The notes under the pieces: model-generated
Told to the model about the DNA's origin: nothing
What the model saw: only the letters and a program-made list of their open reading frames with translations
Database searches by the model: none
Shown here: in pieces, positions 54,201-64,000 of the stretch
How positions within the stretch are numbered: the stretch's first letter is position 1
How the letters are laid out: each line of letters starts with the position of its first letter
DNA from: an uncultured Gemmatimonadales bacterium
GTDB taxonomy: Bacteria > Gemmatimonadota > Gemmatimonadetes > Longimicrobiales > Longimicrobiaceae
Length of the DNA stretch: 64,000 nt
Assembly (NCBI GenBank): GCA_963716255.1
Contig: OY970303.1
Span: 1,120,001-1,184,000 of the forward strand
Reading direction: 5' to 3'
Made by a program: the position numbers and the translations under genes

Positions 54201-57200
54201 TACACCCGGATGAAGTGCAGCACGTTGCGGTGCGTCTGCACCACCCCCTTGGGCTGCCCCGTGGAGCCCGAGGTGTAGAGGATGTAGGCGGGGTCGTCCG
54301 GCGAGGCCGTGTGCGGCGCCGCGGCCGGGCGGTCGAACTCGGCCGCGGCGTCCTCCACGTCCACCAGCGGGAGGCACCCGCCGGCCAGCTCGCGCGCCAG
54401 CACGAGGTTGGCCGCGTTGGTGACCAGCGCGGCGGCCCCGGAATCCTCCAGCACGTAGGCGCTGCGCTCCCTGGGGTAGAGCGGGTCGATGGGCACGTAG
54501 GTCTTCCCGGCCCTGAGCACGCCCAGGATCCCCACGATCATGGCGGCGTCGTGCTCGAAGAGCAGCGCGATTCGCTCCGGCCCGGCCGGGCGCGCGCGCA
54601 GGATCGCCCGCGCCACGCCCTCCGCCGCGCGGTCCAGCTCGGCGTAGGTGAGCCGCGTGGTCCGGGTCCGCACCGCGAGCCGGTCCGGGTGGCACCGGGC
54701 CTGGGCCTCGAAGCGCGCGGGGATCGTCTGCCCGGTCTCGGCGCGCGCGAACTCCGCGAACGGCCGGTCCGTGCCGATCCCGCGGGCGGTGACGGAGCGA
54801 CGGTCGCGCTCCGCCTCGCCCAGGAGCGGGATCCGGGAGACGCGCAGCTCCGGGTCGGCGGCGACGGCGCGGAGCAGCGTCGACAGCTGGTCCAGCGCTT
54901 CCTCCATCCGCGCGCCCTCGAACAGCTCCGCGGCGTACACCAGGTCCAGGAGGATCGCGCCGCCGGCCTCGCGGGCGTACAGCGTCAGGTCGTACTTGGC
55001 CAGCGGGGCCCACTCGCCGGAGCTCCCGACCTGCTCGCCCGTGTCCTCCTCGCCGACGTTCTGCAGGTTGAGCATCACCTGGAACACCGGGGTGTGGCTC
55101 AGGCTGCGCACGGGCTGCAGCTCCTCCAGGACGCGCTCGAAGGGGAGGTCCTGGTGGGCGTACGCGCCCAGCGTGCCCTCGCGGACGCGCGCCAGCAGCT
55201 CCCGGAAGGTGGGATCGCCGGACAGGTCGGTCCGCAGCGCCAGGGTGTTGAGGAAGAAGCCGATCAGCCCCTCGGTCTCGCGCCGGGTGCGGCCCGCGAT
55301 GGGGGTGCCCACCACCACGTCCGCCTGCCCGGACCAGCGGCCCAGCAGCACGGCGAAGCCGGACAGCAGCGTCATGAAGAGGGTCGCGCCCTCCTGCCGC
55401 CCCAGGGCGCGGAGCCGGTCGGCCGCGGCGGCGTCGATCCGGAGCGAGCGCGCCCCGCCGCGGTGGCTGAACACCGCCGGGCGCGGCCGGTCCACCGGGA
55501 GCTCGAGCAGGGGAGGCGCCCCCGCCAGCCGCTCGCGCCACCAGGCGAGCTGCCGCTCCAGCGTCGCGCCGCTGAGCCAGGCGCGCTGCCACACGGCGTA
55601 GTCCGCGTACTGCACCGGCAGCTCGGGGAGCGGCGACGGCTCGCCGCGGGAAAAGGCGCCGTAGAGGGCGAGGACCTCGCGCACCAGCACGTCCATGCTC
55701 CAGGCGTCGGAGACGATGTGGTGCATGGTGAGCAGGAGGACGTGGTCCTCCGCGCCCAGGCGCAGGAGGGTGCTCCGCAGCAGCGGGCCCCGCGCCAGGT
55801 CGAAGGGCCGCAGGGCCTCCTCCCAGGCCAGCCGCTCCGCCCGCGCCTCGCGCTCCGCCTGCGGCACGCCGGCCAGGTCCAGCACGGGCAGCGGCACGGG
55901 AGCGGGTTCGAGGACGACCTGCACCGGCTCGCCGCCCTGTTCGGCGAAGACGGTGCGCAGCGCCTCGTGCCGCGCGACCAGCGCGTCCAGGCTGGCCCGG
56001 AGCGCGGCCGTGTCCAGCGCTCCGGGCAGGCGCACCACCTCCGGGATGTTGTAGGCGGCGCTCCCCGGCTCCAGGCGGTCCACCAGCCACAGCCGCTGCT
56101 GCGCGAACGACAGCGGCAGTGCGCTGCGCGCCTCGCGCGGGATCCGCTCGATCGGCGGGGCCATGGCCGCCCCGGCGCCCCGGAGCGCCTCGATGCGCCC
56201 GGCCAGGCCCGCCACCGTGGGCGCCTCGAAGAGCGCCCGCAGCGGCACCTCCACGCCGAACGCCTGCCGCGCACGCGAGATCACCCGGGTCGCCAGCAGC
56301 GAGTGCCCGCCGAGCGAGAAGAAGCTCTCGTCCGCCCCCACCCGCTCCACGCCCAGCACCTGCGCCCAGATCCCCGCCAGCACCTCCTCCGTCTCCGTGC
56401 TCGGCGCGGCGGAGTCCGCCCCCGCGCCCCGCTCCGGCGCCGGGAGCGCGCCGCGGTCCACCTTGCCATTGGCGGTAAGGGGAATGCTCTCCAGCACCAC
56501 GAAGGCCCCCGGGACCATGTACTCCGGCAGGCTCCGCCGCAGGTGCGCGCGCAGTCCCTCCGTCTCCACCTCGCCCACCACGTACGCCACCAACCGCTTG
56601 TCGCCCGGCTCGTCCTCGCGCACGATCACCCGCGTCTGGCGCACCCCCGGGTACGCAGCCGCCGCGCCCTCCACCTCCCCCATCTCGATGCGGAAGCCGC
56701 GCAGCTTCACCTGGTCGTCCTGCCGGCCCATGAACTCCAGCCTGGCGTCCGCGTTCCAGCGCACCCGGTCGCCCGTGCGGTACATGCGCGCGCCGGGCTC
56801 GGGCGCGAACGGGTCGGGGACGAACTTCTCCGCCGTCAGCTCCGGGCGTCCCAGGTAGCCACGCGCCACCCCGTCGCCGCCCACGCACAGCTCCCCCGCC
56901 ACGCCCACCGGCGCCGGGTTCATCCCCGGTCCCAGCACGTAGGCCCGCGCGTTGGGGATGGGCCGCCCGATGGGCACCGTGGCCGCGCCCTCGGCCACCT
57001 CCTCCACCACTTCCAGGGTGCACCACACCGTGGCCTCGGTGGGGCCGTACTCGTGCAGCACGCGCCCGGGCCTGCCCTCGCGCAGCATCCGGCGCACGCT
57101 CTGCGTCCCCACCGCCTCCGCCCCGAACACCAGCTGGCGCAGCCCGGCGTACACGTCCACCTGCTCGCGCACGTGCTGGTGGAACAGCGCCGCGGTCTGG

Positions 57201-60200
57201 TACAGGTGCGTGATCCCCTGCTCGCGCAGCGCCCGGCCGAGCGCCGGCGCGGAAAGGAGCACGTCGCGCTCGATGCCCACCAGCACGGCGCCGTGCAGCA
57301 GCGCGCCCCAGATCTCGAAGACCGCCGCGTCGAAGCTGGCGTTGGACGCCTGCCCCACGCGGTCGCCCGGACCCAGGGGCATGGTGTCGGGGAGGCACGC
57401 GGCGTACTGCACCACCTCGCGGTGCGACATCATCACGCCTTTGGGGCGTCCCGTGCTCCCGCTGGTGTAGAACACGTACGCCAGGTTCCCGCCTCGCGCC
57501 CCGCCGCGCGGCGCTTCGGCGGGCGCGGCGGCCAGCGCCTCCGCGGCGCCGTCCAGGTCGACCACGTGGAGCCCCGCGCCGGCCAGGGGGGCCCACAGCC
57601 CGCCCCGGCTCACCAGCACGCGCGCGGCGGAGTCGGCCAGCATCATGCGGATGCGCTCCGGCGGATAGCCGGGGTCCACGGGGACGCAGCAGCCGCCGGC
57701 CTTCATCACCGCCAGGGTGGCGACGACCATCTCCAGGCCGTGCTCCAGCAGCACGCCCACGCGATCCTCCGGACCGACACCGAGCCCCACCAGGTGGTGG
57801 GCGAGACGGTTGGCCCGCGCGTCCAGCTCGCGGTAGCTCAGCTCCTCGCCCCACGCCAGCGCCGGAGCGTCCGGCGTGCGCCCCGCCTGCGCCTCGAACA
57901 GGTCGTGAACGCAGGCGTCCTGCGGGAAGGCCCGGGCCGTCCGGTTCCACTCGTCCACCACCCGGGCGCGCTCCGCCGCGGACAGGAGCGACGCCTCCGA
58001 GATGCGCGTGTCGGGACGGGCGGCCATGGCCTCCAGCACCGCCTCCAGGTGCCCCACCAGGCGCGCGGCCGTATCCGCGTCGAAGAGCGCCGCGACGTAG
58101 CTGAGGGAGCCCGCCAGCGGGCCCTCGCCGTCCACGACGCTCAGCTCCAGGTCGAACTTGGCGGCGTATTCGCCCCCGCCGAACGGCTCCAGCGCCACCT
58201 CGCCCAGCCGCAGCCGCTCGTCGTCGCCGCCGGAGCGGGCAAGCTCGAACGCCACCTGAAAGAGCGGGTTGTGAAGCAGGCTGCGCTCCACGCCCAGCTC
58301 GTCCACCAGCCGCTCGAAGGGAACGTCCTGGTGGTCGAACGCGCCCAGCGACATCTCCCGCACGCGTCCCAGCAGCTCCGTCCAGGTGGGGTCGCCCGAC
58401 AGGTCGGTCCGCAGCGCCAGCGTGTTGACGAAGAAGCCGATCAGCTCCTCCGTCTCCGTGCGTGTCCGCCCCGCGACCGAGGTCCCCACGACCACGTCCT
58501 CCTGCGCTGCGTAGCGCCCCAGCAGCACCTGCCACCCCGCCAGCAGCGCCATGAACAGCGTGGCCCCCTGGCCGCGCGACAGCTCCCGCAGCTCCCCCGA
58601 CAGCGCGGGCGGGAGGCGGAACCCGTGGCTCGCCGCCCGCGGGCTCTGCCCGGGCTGGCGCGGACGGTCGGTGGGGATCTCCAGCAGCGGCGGAGCCCCG
58701 CCAAGCCGCTCCTTCCACCAGCCCACCTGCTCCTCCAGTACCGCGCCGCCCAGCCGCTCGCGCTGCCAGACGGCGAAGTCGGCGTACTGGATGGGGAGCT
58801 CCGGGAGCCGCGGCTCCTCGCCGGCGGCGTGGGCGGCGTAGAGCGCGGACACCTCGCGCACCAGCACGCCCATGCTCCAGCCGTCGCTGACGATGTGGTG
58901 GAGCGTGAAGCACAGCACGTGGTCGCCGTCGTCCAGGCGCAGCAGCACGCTCCGCAGGAGCGCCCCGCCCTCCAGCTCGAAGGGCCGCGTGGCCTCCGCG
59001 GCGGCCAGGCGCCGCGCCTCGCGCTCGCGCGCGGCGGCGGGGAGGGCGTGCAGGTCCACCGTGGGGAGCCGCACGGATCCGGCCGGGCGGACGTCCTGCA
59101 GGGGGATGCCCCCCTGCTCGGTGAAGACGGTGCGCAGCACCTCGTGGCGCGCGACGAGCCCGCGCAGGGCGCCCCGCAGCGCGGCCGTGTCCAGGGCGCC
59201 GCGCAGCCGCAGCCCGGCGGGCACGTTGTACGCGAAGCTCTCCGGCTCCAGCCTCTGAACGACCCAGAGCCGCATCTGCGCGAAGGAGAGCGGCAGCCCC
59301 GCGCCTTCCTCGCGCGGCACCCGCGCGATCGCGGACGCGGCGCCGTCCTCCGGCGCGGAGGCGGAATCGTCGCCGGGCCCCCTCAGCCCGTCCACGTGCG
59401 CGGCCAGCTCGGCCACGGTGGACGCGTCGAAGAACTCCATCAGCGGCACTTCCACGTCGAACGCCTGCCACACCCGCGAGACCACCTGCGCCGCCAGCAG
59501 CGAGTGGCCGCCCAGCTCGAAGAAGTCCTCCTCCGCCCCCACCCGGTCCAGGCCCAGCACCTCCGCCCAGATCCCGGCCAGCACCTCCTCCGTGCGCGTC
59601 CGCGGCTCCACGTACCCCTCGCCCGCGCCGTCCACCTGCTCCGGCGCCGGCAGCGCCCGCCGGTCCAGCTTGCCGTTCGCGTTGAGCGGCAGCTTCTCCA
59701 GCGCCACCAGCGCGCCCGGCACCATGTAATCCGGCAGCCGCTCCGCCAGGCGCGTCCGCAGCTCCTCCGCCGCGACCTCCCGCCCCGCCTCGAAGACCAC
59801 GTACCCCACCAGGCGCGGGTTCCCCGGCACGTCCTCGCGCACCACCACCACCGCCGCCCGGACCCCCGCCACCCCGGCGAGCACCGCCTCCACCTCGCCG
59901 ATCTCGATGCGGAAGCCCCGCACCTTGACCTGCTGGTCCAGGCGCCCCAGGTACTCCAGCACCCCACCGGCCAGCCACCGCACCCGGTCTCCCGTCCGGT
60001 ACAGCCGCGCGCCGCCGCGCGCCTCCCTCGCGAACGGGTCGGGGACGAACGTCGCCGCCGTCTGCTCCGCCCGCCCCAGGTATCCCCGCGACACCCCCGG
60101 CCCCGCCACGTGCAGCTCGCCGGGAACCCCCACGGGCTGGGGGTGCCCCGCCGCGTCGAGCACGTACACCCGCACGTTGGGCAGCGGCCGCCCGATCAGG

Positions 60201-62668
60201 ACCGGTCCCGACCCGACCCCCTCCGGGATCTCGTGGCTCGTCGCCAGCACCGTGGCTTCGGTGGGGCCGTAGAGCACCGAGAGCCGCGCCCCCGGGAACA
60301 CCTCCCGCATCTCCGCCCACAGCTCCGGCGTCACCGGCTCGCCCCCCGAGACCACCCACCGCACCCCCGCCAGCGCGCCCGGCTCCGCCTCGCGCGCCGC
60401 CGCCACGATCTGCCGCATCAGCGACGGCACCGCGTTCATCAGCCCCGCTCCACGCAGCTCCTCCACGATCCGCGCCGGCTCCCGCACGTGCTCCAGCGGG
60501 AGCAGCCGCACCGTCGCCCCCGCCGAGAGCGGCACCAGCGCCTCGAAGACCCAGATGTCGAAGGCGAAGCTGACCATCGCCAGCGACACCTCGCCCTCGC
60601 GCGGCTCGAAGACCTGCCGCATGGTGGCGACGAAGTGCCCCAGGCTCCCGTGCTCGACGACCACCCCCTTGGGCGTCCCCGTAGATCCGGAGGTGTAGAG
60701 GACGTACGCCGCGCTGCGCGGGTCCACCCCCACGGCCGGCGCCTCGTCCGCGGCCGCCGCGATCGCCTCCGCGTCGCGGTCCAGGCAGACCGTCTCCCCC
60801 GCGAAGTCGGGGAGGCCCTCCAGCAGCGCGGCGCGCGTGAGCACGACCGGGGCGGCCGAGTCGGCCAGCATGAAGGCCACGCGCCCGGCCGGGTAGGCGG
60901 GGTCCAGCGGGACGTAGGCGCCCCCGGCCCTGAGCACGCCGAGCACGGCGACGAGCAGGTCGACGCCGCGCTCCAGGCAGATGCCCACGCGGGTCTCGGG
61001 GCCGACGCCCAGCCCCGCCAGGTGGTGGGCGAGCCGGTTGGCGCGGTGCTCCAGCTCGGCGTAGGTGAGGGACGCGCCGGCGCTGGTGGCGGCGGACAGG
61101 CCGGGCGTGCGCGCGGCCTGCTCGGCGACGAGCCGGGGAAAGGAGACGGGCCGGTAGGCGGCGGCGGTGGCGTTCCACTGTTCCAGCAGCTGGGCGCGCT
61201 CGCCGGGGCGCAGCAGCGGCACCTCGGAGAGGCGCCGCCCGGGGTCGGCGCTCATGGACTCCAGGAGCACGTCCAGGTGCCCCTCCATGCGCGCGATCGT
61301 CTCCGGATCGAAGAGCGCCCGCCGGTACGTCATCACCCCGTGGATGAGGTCGCCGTCGTCCTCCAGCGAGAGCACCAGCTCGCTCGGGTTGTTCACCGAC
61401 CCCTGCCCGAACACCTCCAGCCGCACCGGCCCCAGCGACAGCGCCGCGCGGCTCGTCGCGCGCTCCAGGCGGAACGTCACCTGGATCAGCGGCGAATGGG
61501 TGGGGCTGCGCTCCACGCCCAGCTCCTCCACCAGGCGCTCGAAGGGGAGCTCCTGGTGCGCATACGCGCCCATCGCCCCGTCCCTGACCCGCCCCAGCAG
61601 CTCGGTCCAGGTGGGGTCCCCGCCCAGCTCCAGGCGCAGGACCAGCGGGTTGACGAAAAGGCCGATCAGCCCCTCCAGCTCCACGTGCGAGCGCCCCGCC
61701 GTGGGGGTGCCCACCACCACGTCCTCCTGCCCCGCGTAGCGCGCCAGGAGCGCCTGCCACCCGGTCAGCAGCGTCATGAAGAGCGTCGTCCCCTCGCGCT
61801 GCGTCAGCGCCCGCAGCCCCCGCGCCGCCGCCGCCGGGAGGCTGATGCGGTGGGTGGCCGCACGCGCGCTCTGGCCCGCCGCGCGCGGACGGTCGGTGGG
61901 GACGTCCAGGAGCGGCGGCGCTCCCGCCAGGCGGCCGCGCCAGTATGCCAGCTGCGCCTGGAGCGTGGCGCCGGAAAGGAAGTCGCGCTGCCAGACGGCG
62001 TAGTCGGGGTACTGCACCGGCAGCTCCGCCAGCTGCGGCTCCCCGCCCCGGCTGAACGCCTCGTAGAACGCCGAGACCTCGCGCACCAGCACGTCCGTGC
62101 TCCACCCGTCGCCCACGATGTGGTGCATCGAGAAGAAGAGCACGTGCTCCTGGTCGTCCAGCCGCAGCAGCACGCTGCGCAGCAGGGGCCCGCGCTCCAG
62201 GTCGAAGGGCCGCAGCGCTTCCCGCAGCGCGACCCGCTCGGTCTGACGCTCCCGCTCTGCCGCGTCGAGCCCCCGCAGGTCGACCAGCTTCAGCGCCGCG
62301 GCGCCGCCGGGCTCCACGACCTGCACGGGCGTGCCGCCCTGCTCGCGGAAGACCGTGCGCAGCACTTCGTGGCGGCGCACCAGCGCGTCCAGGCTCCGCT
62401 TCAGCGCCGCCGCGTCCAGCGGGCCGTGGAGCCGCAGCCCGCTCGCCATGTTGTACGTGGGGCTGTCCGGCTCCAGCCGGTCCACGAGCCACAGCCGCTG
62501 CTGCGCGAAGGACAGCGGCGCCGGACCGTCGAGACTCCGCCGCGATATCTGCTCCCTCGCGTCCGAGCCATGCCGCCTGCGCAGGAGGTTCTGCAGGAGC
62601 TGCCGCCTCTTCTCGGCGGACAGCTGCTCGACGCGCTCCGTGACCTCTCGGGTCTGATCGTGGCTCAT
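42299..62668 (-). CDS. NRPS-D: docking-like helix, C-A-T x3, C-A(MT-interrupted)-T, C-A-T x2, acidic tail; no TE
   Basis: The ORF track start at 62776 adds an Arg-rich, non-homologous extension. ATG at 62668 (MSHDQTRE...[10 protein letters not shown]) aligns with the N-termini of NRPS-B and C. Codes DIFNVGLVLK, DAFYVGEVWK, DAMHVGGVTK, DIFHFGMMIK, DAFYVGEVWK, DAAKVGGIRK. Confidence 0.95.
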   Translation of the reverse strand: MSHDQTREVTERVEQLSAEKRRQLLQNLLRRRHGSDAREQISRRSLDGPAPLSFAQQRLWLVDRLEPDSPTYNMASGLRLHGPLDAAALKRSLDALVRRHEVLRTVFREQGGTPVQVVEPGGAAALKLVDLRGLDAAERERQTERVALREALRPFDLERGPLLRSVLLRLDDQEHVLFFSMHHIVGDGWSTDVLVREVSAFYEAFSRGGEPQLAELPVQYPDYAVWQRDFLSGATLQAQLAYWRGRLAGAPPLLDVPTDRPRAAGQSARAATHRISLPAAAARGLRALTQREGTTLFMTLLTGWQALLARYAGQEDVVVGTPTAGRSHVELEGLIGLFVNPLVLRLELGGDPTWTELLGRVRDGAMGAYAHQELPFERLVEELGVERSPTHSPLIQVTFRLERATSRAALSLGPVRLEVFGQGSVNNPSELVLSLEDDGDLIHGVMTYRRALFDPETIARMEGHLDVLLESMSADPGRRLSEVPLLRPGERAQLLEQWNATAAAYRPVSFPRLVAEQAARTPGLSAATSAGASLTYAELEHRANRLAHHLAGLGVGPETRVGICLERGVDLLVAVLGVLRAGGAYVPLDPAYPAGRVAFMLADSAAPVVLTRAALLEGLPDFAGETVCLDRDAEAIAAAADEAPAVGVDPRSAAYVLYTSGSTGTPKGVVVEHGSLGHFVATMRQVFEPREGEVSLAMVSFAFDIWVFEALVPLSAGATVRLLPLEHVREPARIVEELRGAGLMNAVPSLMRQIVAAAREAEPGALAGVRWVVSGGEPVTPELWAEMREVFPGARLSVLYGPTEATVLATSHEIPEGVGSGPVLIGRPLPNVRVYVLDAAGHPQPVGVPGELHVAGPGVSRGYLGRAEQTAATFVPDPFAREARGGARLYRTGDRVRWLAGGVLEYLGRLDQQVKVRGFRIEIGEVEAVLAGVAGVRAAVVVVREDVPGNPRLVGYVVFEAGREVAAEELRTRLAERLPDYMVPGALVALEKLPLNANGKLDRRALPAPEQVDGAGEGYVEPRTRTEEVLAGIWAEVLGLDRVGAEEDFFELGGHSLLAAQVVSRVWQAFDVEVPLMEFFDASTVAELAAHVDGLRGPGDDSASAPEDGAASAIARVPREEGAGLPLSFAQMRLWVVQRLEPESFAYNVPAGLRLRGALDTAALRGALRGLVARHEVLRTVFTEQGGIPLQDVRPAGSVRLPTVDLHALPAAAREREARRLAAAEATRPFELEGGALLRSVLLRLDDGDHVLCFTLHHIVSDGWSMGVLVREVSALYAAHAAGEEPRLPELPIQYADFAVWQRERLGGAVLEEQVGWWKERLGGAPPLLEIPTDRPRQPGQSPRAASHGFRLPPALSGELRELSRGQGATLFMALLAGWQVLLGRYAAQEDVVVGTSVAGRTRTETEELIGFFVNTLALRTDLSGDPTWTELLGRVREMSLGAFDHQDVPFERLVDELGVERSLLHNPLFQVAFELARSGGDDERLRLGEVALEPFGGGEYAAKFDLELSVVDGEGPLAGSLSYVAALFDADTAARLVGHLEAVLEAMAARPDTRISEASLLSAAERARVVDEWNRTARAFPQDACVHDLFEAQAGRTPDAPALAWGEELSYRELDARANRLAHHLVGLGVGPEDRVGVLLEHGLEMVVATLAVMKAGGCCVPVDPGYPPERIRMMLADSAARVLVSRGGLWAPLAGAGLHVVDLDGAAEALAAAPAEAPRGGARGGNLAYVFYTSGSTGRPKGVMMSHREVVQYAACLPDTMPLGPGDRVGQASNASFDAAVFEIWGALLHGAVLVGIERDVLLSAPALGRALREQGITHLYQTAALFHQHVREQVDVYAGLRQLVFGAEAVGTQSVRRMLREGRPGRVLHEYGPTEATVWCTLEVVEEVAEGAATVPIGRPIPNARAYVLGPGMNPAPVGVAGELCVGGDGVARGYLGRPELTAEKFVPDPFAPEPGARMYRTGDRVRWNADARLEFMGRQDDQVKLRGFRIEMGEVEGAAAAYPGVRQTRVIVREDEPGDKRLVAYVVGEVETEGLRAHLRRSLPEYMVPGAFVVLESIPLTANGKVDRGALPAPERGAGADSAAPSTETEEVLAGIWAQVLGVERVGADESFFSLGGHSLLATRVISRARQAFGVEVPLRALFEAPTVAGLAGRIEALRGAGAAMAPPIERIPREARSALPLSFAQQRLWLVDRLEPGSAAYNIPEVVRLPGALDTAALRASLDALVARHEALRTVFAEQGGEPVQVVLEPAPVPLPVLDLAGVPQAEREARAERLAWEEALRPFDLARGPLLRSTLLRLGAEDHVLLLTMHHIVSDAWSMDVLVREVLALYGAFSRGEPSPLPELPVQYADYAVWQRAWLSGATLERQLAWWRERLAGAPPLLELPVDRPRPAVFSHRGGARSLRIDAAAADRLRALGRQEGATLFMTLLSGFAVLLGRWSGQADVVVGTPIAGRTRRETEGLIGFFLNTLALRTDLSGDPTFRELLARVREGTLGAYAHQDLPFERVLEELQPVRSLSHTPVFQVMLNLQNVGEEDTGEQVGSSGEWAPLAKYDLTLYAREAGGAILLDLVYAAELFEGARMEEALDQLSTLLRAVAADPELRVSRIPLLGEAERDRRSVTARGIGTDRPFAEFARAETGQTIPARFEAQARCHPDRLAVRTRTTRLTYAELDRAAEGVARAILRARPAGPERIALLFEHDAAMIVGILGVLRAGKTYVPIDPLYPRERSAYVLEDSGAAALVTNAANLVLARELAGGCLPLVDVEDAAAEFDRPAAAPHTASPDDPAYILYTSGSTGQPKGVVQTHRNVLHFIRVYTNNLRIGHDDRLTLFSSYTFDAAVMATYGALLNGAALLPFDWREEAPAGVAEWMRREGITLYHSTPTVFRHLVAELPEGERFPHVRVVVLGGEETQRRDVEAFHAHFAPGAVLVNGLGPTESTVTLQSYIRHDTPLPRGTVPVGHPVEDTEVVLQTPLGEQVAVYGVGEMVIRSAHVAPGYWRKPEQTAAAFAEDAASGLRSYRTGDLGRRLPDGALEFVGRADFQVKVRGFRVELGEVEAVLRAHPAVREAVVTAQLDGRGERWLAGYVVAAEGAEAPPAEALRSWARERLPGYMVPAAFAALETLPLTPSGKVDRLALPAPERAERAADVAPATPTEEVLAGIWAEVLGMTDAVGARDDFFALGGHSLLATRVMARVREAFGVEVPLRALFEAPTLEGLAGRIETLRSAGAGVAPPIERVSRAEPLPLSFAQQRLWLVDRMEPGNPTYNLPYVLRLRGALDTGALRASLDALVRRHETLRTVFTEQGEPAQVVQPPVPVALPALDLRGLPEPQREAEAERLAAAEAMLPFDLARGPLLRCTLLRLADDDHVLCFTLHHIVSDGWSRGVLVREVSELYGAFTRGDAPGLPELPVQYADFSVWQREWLSGEVLEEEIGFWRERLAGAPPLLEIPVDRPRAVGQSPRAAGHGFRLSPEISQGLRALSRREGTTLFMTLLAGWQALLARYADQDDVVVGSPIAGRTRRETEGLIGFFVNMLALRADLGGDPTWSELLGRVREAALGAYAHQELPFERLLGELNVERSLTHTPVFQTAFALNRSDGGDERLRLGEVVLEPFGGGERIARFDLDLVFTDFTDVLDGGLVYRPALFEAATIERMAGHLETLLAAMAADPLGRLSELSLLRESERAQLLAGSSAASLGHAPACVHELFSAQAARTPDLTAVSFGGETLSYGELERRSNRLAHRLRAHGVGPEARVAVCLERGPQMVVGILGVLKAGGAYVPLDPDYPAERLAYTLSDSGARLLLSQGGLADALPPFAGAVVRLDADREAIAAGSDEAPASGASVHNAAYVIYTSGSTGRPKGVVVEHASLVSTLLATRDTFGFAAGDVFPGMASYAFDIWTFEVFAPLLAGGKVRLLPQETVRDVERLVEELAGTDGVHAVPALMREVVARVQAGPGTLPRIRGVFIGGDAIAPDLLEQVQVAFPAAQVWAMYGPTENTMISSGTPLRRGSRYDWQMVGRPLPGVGMYVCDAGGSLLPMGIAGELRLAGAGVARGYLGRADVTAEKFVPDPFSDRAGARLYRTGDRVRRRADGELEFLGRIDSQVKIRGFRIELGEVEAALLENDFVREAVVAVREDAAVGAPAQKRLVAYVVPEPESSAELWPSIGEYHVFDEMIYQGLTHDTLRNARYLRALQRHAPGKVVLDVGTGMDAILARLAVQAGARHVYAVELLERSFLAARARIRELGLEDRITVIHSDARTVELPELADVCVSEIVEAIAGGEGAAHILNGVQRLMAPGAVMIPGLTQTCMAAASLPESIRRAPAFSRSGAHYMERIWEEVGHPCDVRLSIKDFPWQNRLTDVGVFEEVDFNRSPVPEAYVRVEELAVERAGRLDGLVLWLRMELSEGEILDMAEEETAWFPIYFPLFDPGVEVEPGDRLVVECRGDLHPTKVAPNYSVRGVLARGSGEEVPFEFDSAHHVEVFRATPFYRRLFAGEGIPVREAAKPHLPGLLRAHLAARLPEHMVPGAFVVLEKLPRNANDKVDRRALPAPEQDAAAGYVAPRTAAEEVLAGIWAEVLRAERVGTLDNFFERGGHSLLATQVISRVRQALGVEIPLLALFEAPTVAALAGLVDGLRGSSAPAAPPMERVSREAPLPLSFAQQRLWVVDRLEPGSTAYNMPFALRLRGVPQVAALRASLDALVRRHETLRTVFAEQGGGPVQVIHPPAPVELRELDLRDLPEAEREPRARRLAAAEAMLPFDLAQGPLLRSTLLRLGEDDHVLCFTLHHVVSDAWSMQVLVREVSALYDALSRGASPRLPELPVQYADFAVWQRSWFSGAVLDEQIAYWKDKLGGAPPLLEIHTDRPRSAVAGTRGGSHHFMLPAGTTEGLRTLSRREGATLFMTVLAAWQALLGRYAGQEDVVVGTPIAGRTRRETEGLIGFFVNMLALRADLGGDPTWSALLRRVRATALGAYDHQELPFERLVDELGVERSLTHSPLFQAIFALERAGGTDERLRLGGLGLEPFGVGGHDATFELELSVVDDGGPLAGALVYLAVLFDAETIARMTGHLEATLEAMAAHPDAPISQLSLLSGAERAQVVGEWNRTERDFPRDATLHDLFAARVERAPDSPALSWGEELSYRELDARANRLAHHLVGLGVGPEARVGVLLEHGPEMVVATLAVMKAGGCCVPVDPAYPPERVRMMLDDSAARVLVSRGVLSAPLADAGLHVVGLDRVADVLAAGPADPPRSGAAAGNLAYVFYTSGSTGRPKGVMMAHGEVVQYAVCLPGTMPLGPGDRVGQASNASFDAAVFEIWGALLNGATLVGIDRDVLLSTPSLGRALREQRVTHLYQTAALFHQHVRAQVDVYASLRQLVFGAEAVGTEGVRRMLREGRPGRVLHEYGPTEATVWCTLEVVEEVAEGAATVSIGRPIPNARAYVLDVELEPVPVGVAGELCVGGAGVVRGYLGRPELTADRFVPDPFAAHAGTRMYRTGDRARWGADGRLEFLGRLDEQVKLRGFRIEMGEVESALAACPGVRQARAIVREDEPGDKRLVAYVVAEAGMEVSGGALREHLSARLPGYMLPSAYVVLDHLPLNANGKVDRRALPAPERAAGEGYTAPRTPAEEVLAAIWAEVLHRDRVGVEDGFFDLGGHSLLATQVISRARQAFGVEVPLRALFEAPTVAALAGRIESLRSAGGPPAPPIERIPREAGRALPLSFAQQRLWLVDRLDPGNLAYNLSYALRLRGGLDTDALRASLDALVARHETLRTTFAEQGGGPVQVIHPPAPVPLPAQDLRDLPEAEREAEAERLAVGEALRPFDLARGPLLRSMLLRLAEDDHVLLFTLHHVVSDGWSMQVLVREVSELYAASVRGEEPALPELPVQYADYAVWQREWLSGEVLEAQIGFWKTQMAGAPPLLEVPTDRPRSGGQAPRAGSHGFRLAPGVARGLRELSRREGATLFMTLLAGWQSLLSRYSGQDDVVVGTPIAGRNRRETEGLIGFFVNMLALRADLGGDPTWTELLGRVRETALGAFDHQDLPFERLIDELGVERSLTHTPVFQAIFALQRPGRGEELSLDAVRLEPFGEGERVAKFDLSLNMVDVEEEIGGTLLYRAGLFEADTAARMVGHLETLLGAMASHPQRRLSETSLLRGPERAHLLHAWNGADAGYTGELCIHELVRAQVLRTPDAPALRFQGHSLTYAELFRRSCQLANRLRREGVGPEVRVGICMDPALEMVVAVLGVLLAGGAYLPLDPELPAERRAYVLRDAAPALLLTQSALAERLEDWGVPLLRVDAEAGRIARESDEAPATGVDPDNLAYIIYTSGSTGRPKGVLCEHRGVGNTFLELGRVYGAAPGERNLAYAPLFFDASVADIFTALCNGAELVLARREAKMPGEDLLRTLREERITHLKIMPSALTVTPVEALPELKVIVTGGEVLAAELVRRWTAEGRRFFNGYGATEAGIRMTSSPYSWEGGDPPIGRAVANTQLYVLDAQLEPVPVGVPGELYIGGVGVMRGYLGRPDLTAERFLPDPHRGIAGARLYRTGDVGRRRTDGEIDFLGRTDHQVKVRGYRVELGEIEATLRGHRQVKEAIVLLREDVPGQQRLVAYVTAEAGAELTAAELRTHVAKQVPEYMVPGAFVVLERLPVTANGKIDRRALPEPERDTDAYVAPRTAMEELLAGIWAEVLGLERVGATESFFELGGHSILATQVIARVRRTLGVEVPLRALFETPTVEVLARTVEEQLIQGLDAGELADHLGRLSPPDADPGSAPAAE
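46050..47337 (-). repeat. X4 A-domain direct repeat of ~56670..57950 within NRPS-D
   Basis: Shared WNRT..F / [13 protein letters not shown] / [10 protein letters not shown] / [13 protein letters not shown] / [13 protein letters not shown]. Confidence 0.88.
49150..50170 (-). other. SAM-dependent, PRMT-like methyltransferase (~340 aa) inserted between the A8 and A9 motifs of NRPS-D module 4
   Basis: Follows KRLVAYVVP and precedes [15 protein letters not shown]. Motifs: [70 protein letters not shown]. Confidence 0.9.
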
Positions 62669-62919
62669 GATCGTAGGTATGGCGATGAAGTCGCGGCGGC
62701 CCGGGCGGGAGAGCCCGGCAAGCGGTGTCGCGGGGGGCCGCCGGTACCGGCGCCGGAGGCCGCCACGACGACGCACGGCTCCTCCGGCCTGGCGGGGAAT
62801 CGCTCCGCGACCGGGCGCAGGACTCCGGCATCGACCCGTTCCAGCCAGTGGATCTCCGGCTCCACGCCGCCCCCATGCGCCGCCTCGTCCGGAACGGCGG
62901 CGTAGCGGGCCATCTTCAC
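62665..62919 (-). CDS. Putative 84-aa leader/hypothetical protein, possibly translationally coupled to NRPS-D
   Basis: AGGGAG lies 8 nt before GTG at 62919. The first ~60 codons mostly end in G or C. Its TGA overlaps the NRPS-D ATG (ATGA, 62665-62668). No recognisable family. Confidence 0.45.
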   Translation of the reverse strand: MKMARYAAVPDEAAHGGGVEPEIHWLERVDAGVLRPVAERFPARPEEPCVVVAASGAGTGGPPRHRLPGSPARAAATSSPYLRS

Positions 62920-62983
62920 AAGGAGGTCTCCCTGGAGCCGATCCTTACTCGCCAGCATTCGCACGGCGGAATCAGGGTGCGGG

Positions 62984-63013
62984 AGTATAATACTGGTCTC
63001 AATCTGAAAGCAA
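62984..63013 (-). promoter_or_regulatory. Candidate sigma70-type promoter for the NRPS-D/C operon
   Basis: TTGCTT (63013-63008), 18 nt, TATACT (62989-62984), in the most AT-rich island of the window. Overlaps the palindrome AGTAT-A-ATACT. Confidence 0.5.
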
Positions 63014-63149
63014 CGGCCTGGGAAATCGGATGTTCACGGCGCCACGACGCACCGGAACGGGCGCGCGGATTCGGGGGGAAAGCCGCGGCGCGGCAGCCGG
63101 CGCCGCTCGCGGGCCGACGGGGGATGGGGAGGGTTGGAAGAAGGCTAGC

Positions 63150-63842
63150 TCATCGTTCGAGCCTGTAGCCGACCTTCCAGATGGTGAGGAGGTGGCGGGG
63201 GTTGGCGGGATCCTTCTCGACCTTGCGACGCAGCTCCGCGATGTGCATGTCCACGGTGCGCGTCATCACCGCGGAGCGGTGTCCCCAGACCTCCTTGAGC
63301 AGGTCGAGCCGCGACGCCACGGCGCCGTCGCGGCGGAGGAGCGCGCACAGGAGGTCGTACTCCTTGGGGGTGAGCGAGACCGGCGCGCCGTCCCGCAGCA
63401 CCGTGTGGGTGGCGAGGTTCACCTCGACCTCGCCGAACCGCTCCACGGACGCCGCCTTGCCCGCGGGGCCGGGGCGGGCGCCCGAGCGGCGGAGCAGCGC
63501 GGCGATCCGGGCGAGGAGCTCCAGGATCCCGAAAGGCTTGGTCACGTAGTCGTCGGCGCCGAGCCGGAAGCCGAGCACCTTGTCCGCCTCCTCGCCACGG
63601 GCGGTGAGGATGAGCACCGGCATCTCCCGTCCTTCCTCGCGCAGCGCCTTCAGCACGCGGTTCCCGTCCATCTCCGGAAGCATCAGGTCGAGGATGACGA
63701 GGTCTGGCTCCCAGGCGCGCGCCTGCCGGAGCCCTTCCGGTCCCGTCGCGGCCACGGCCACCTCGTGTCCCTCCAGCTCGAGGCTCGTGGACAGCCCGAA
63801 AGCGAGGTTCGCGTTGTCCTCGACCACGAGGATCCTGCTCAC
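63150..63842 (-). CDS. OmpR/PhoB-family two-component response regulator
   Basis: Receiver domain ILVVED...DLVILDLMLP...LILTAR...GADDYVTKPF. Winged-helix domain LTPKEYDLL...RTVDMHIAELRRK...TIWKVGYR. GTG start with GGAGGAG upstream. Confidence 0.96.
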   Translation of the reverse strand: MSRILVVEDNANLAFGLSTSLELEGHEVAVAATGPEGLRQARAWEPDLVILDLMLPEMDGNRVLKALREEGREMPVLILTARGEEADKVLGFRLGADDYVTKPFGILELLARIAALLRRSGARPGPAGKAASVERFGEVEVNLATHTVLRDGAPVSLTPKEYDLLCALLRRDGAVASRLDLLKEVWGHRSAVMTRTVDMHIAELRRKVEKDPANPRHLLTIWKVGYRLER

Positions 63843-64000
63843 GCGGCTCCTCCCGCTCCCGGCCCGGACCGGGAGTGCACGGCGTCGCCCTCCCGGTCCG
63901 CCGGAAGCGCCGGGAGGGAGATCACGAACCGTGCGCCCCCGCCGGGAGCATCCTCCACGGAGGTCGCGCCGCCGTGCAGCGTGGCCACGTCCCGGACGAC
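63839..64000 (-). CDS. C-terminal end of a sensor histidine kinase (HATPase_c), truncated by the window edge
   Basis: Translates as VVRDVATLHGGATSVEDAPGGGARFVISLP...*. Its stop overlaps the regulator's start (GTGA). Confidence 0.85.
   Translation of the reverse strand, partial: VVRDVATLHGGATSVEDAPGGGARFVISLPALPADREGDAVHSRSGPGAGGAA

Noticed and set aside
48255..55725. C-domain motif variants HHxxSDAWS (D modules 3 and 5) as inactive domains
   Set aside because: The catalytic His and structural Asp are retained, and G-to-A is a common variant.
62669..62776. ORF-track N-terminal extension of NRPS-D ([10 protein letters not shown]...)
   Set aside because: Not homologous to the B and C N-termini; the ATG at 62668 aligns with them.
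62940..62956. GGCGAGTAAG on the minus strand as an RfaH ops element
   Set aside because: It does not match GGCGGTAGnnTG, and no NusG paralogue is visible in the window.
62665..62964. Small ORF as an MbtH-like protein
   Set aside because: It lacks the NxExQxSxWP and PxGW motifs and the three conserved tryptophans.
63075..63120. GC-rich hairpin after the response regulator as a terminator
   Set aside because: The stem is imperfect and the U-tract is only 3 nt; indistinguishable from chance at this GC content.
62920..63168. Plus-strand perfect SD (AAGGAGGT) and the 147-aa ORF 62725..63168
   Set aside because: No ATG or GTG at a suitable spacing, no recognisable protein features, and it runs across the candidate promoter.

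Overview
Very GC-rich bacterial DNA. About 62.7 of the 64 kb is a giant nonribosomal peptide synthetase (NRPS) locus made of two convergent gene pairs. Plus strand: NRPS-A (<3..18689, 5' end outside the window, >=6 modules) and NRPS-B (18745..28512, 3 modules). Minus strand: NRPS-D (62668..42299, 6 modules) and NRPS-C (42270..28606, 4 modules plus the only thioesterase). That gives >=19 C-A-T modules, with no epimerization domain, no starter module and no MbtH, PPTase or transporter gene in view. Specificity codes read by manual alignment to GrsA suggest A: Gln-(Ala-like)-Gly-X1-Pro-X2; B: X3-Val/Ile-Thr; D: X1'-X4-X5-X6(+MT)-X4-X2; C: Thr-Ile-X2-(Arg-like)-TE. Several of these codes match nothing I recognise. 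Highlights: (i) a PRMT-like methyltransferase (double-E loop, THW-like loop) is inserted into one A domain; (ii) matching N- and C-terminal docking-like helices imply that the two opposing operons feed one TE; (iii) ~1.5 kb near-identical in-frame A-domain copies form inverted repeats, so inversion between them would reprogram the assembly line; (iv) the coding strand alternates C-rich and G-rich once per module. The right end holds a candidate leader ORF and promoter, an OmpR-family response regulator and the 3' end of a sensor kinase. The sequence style is reminiscent of Gemmatimonadota (Longimicrobium-like) NRPSs, but that assignment is only an impression. Domain boundaries are approximate.
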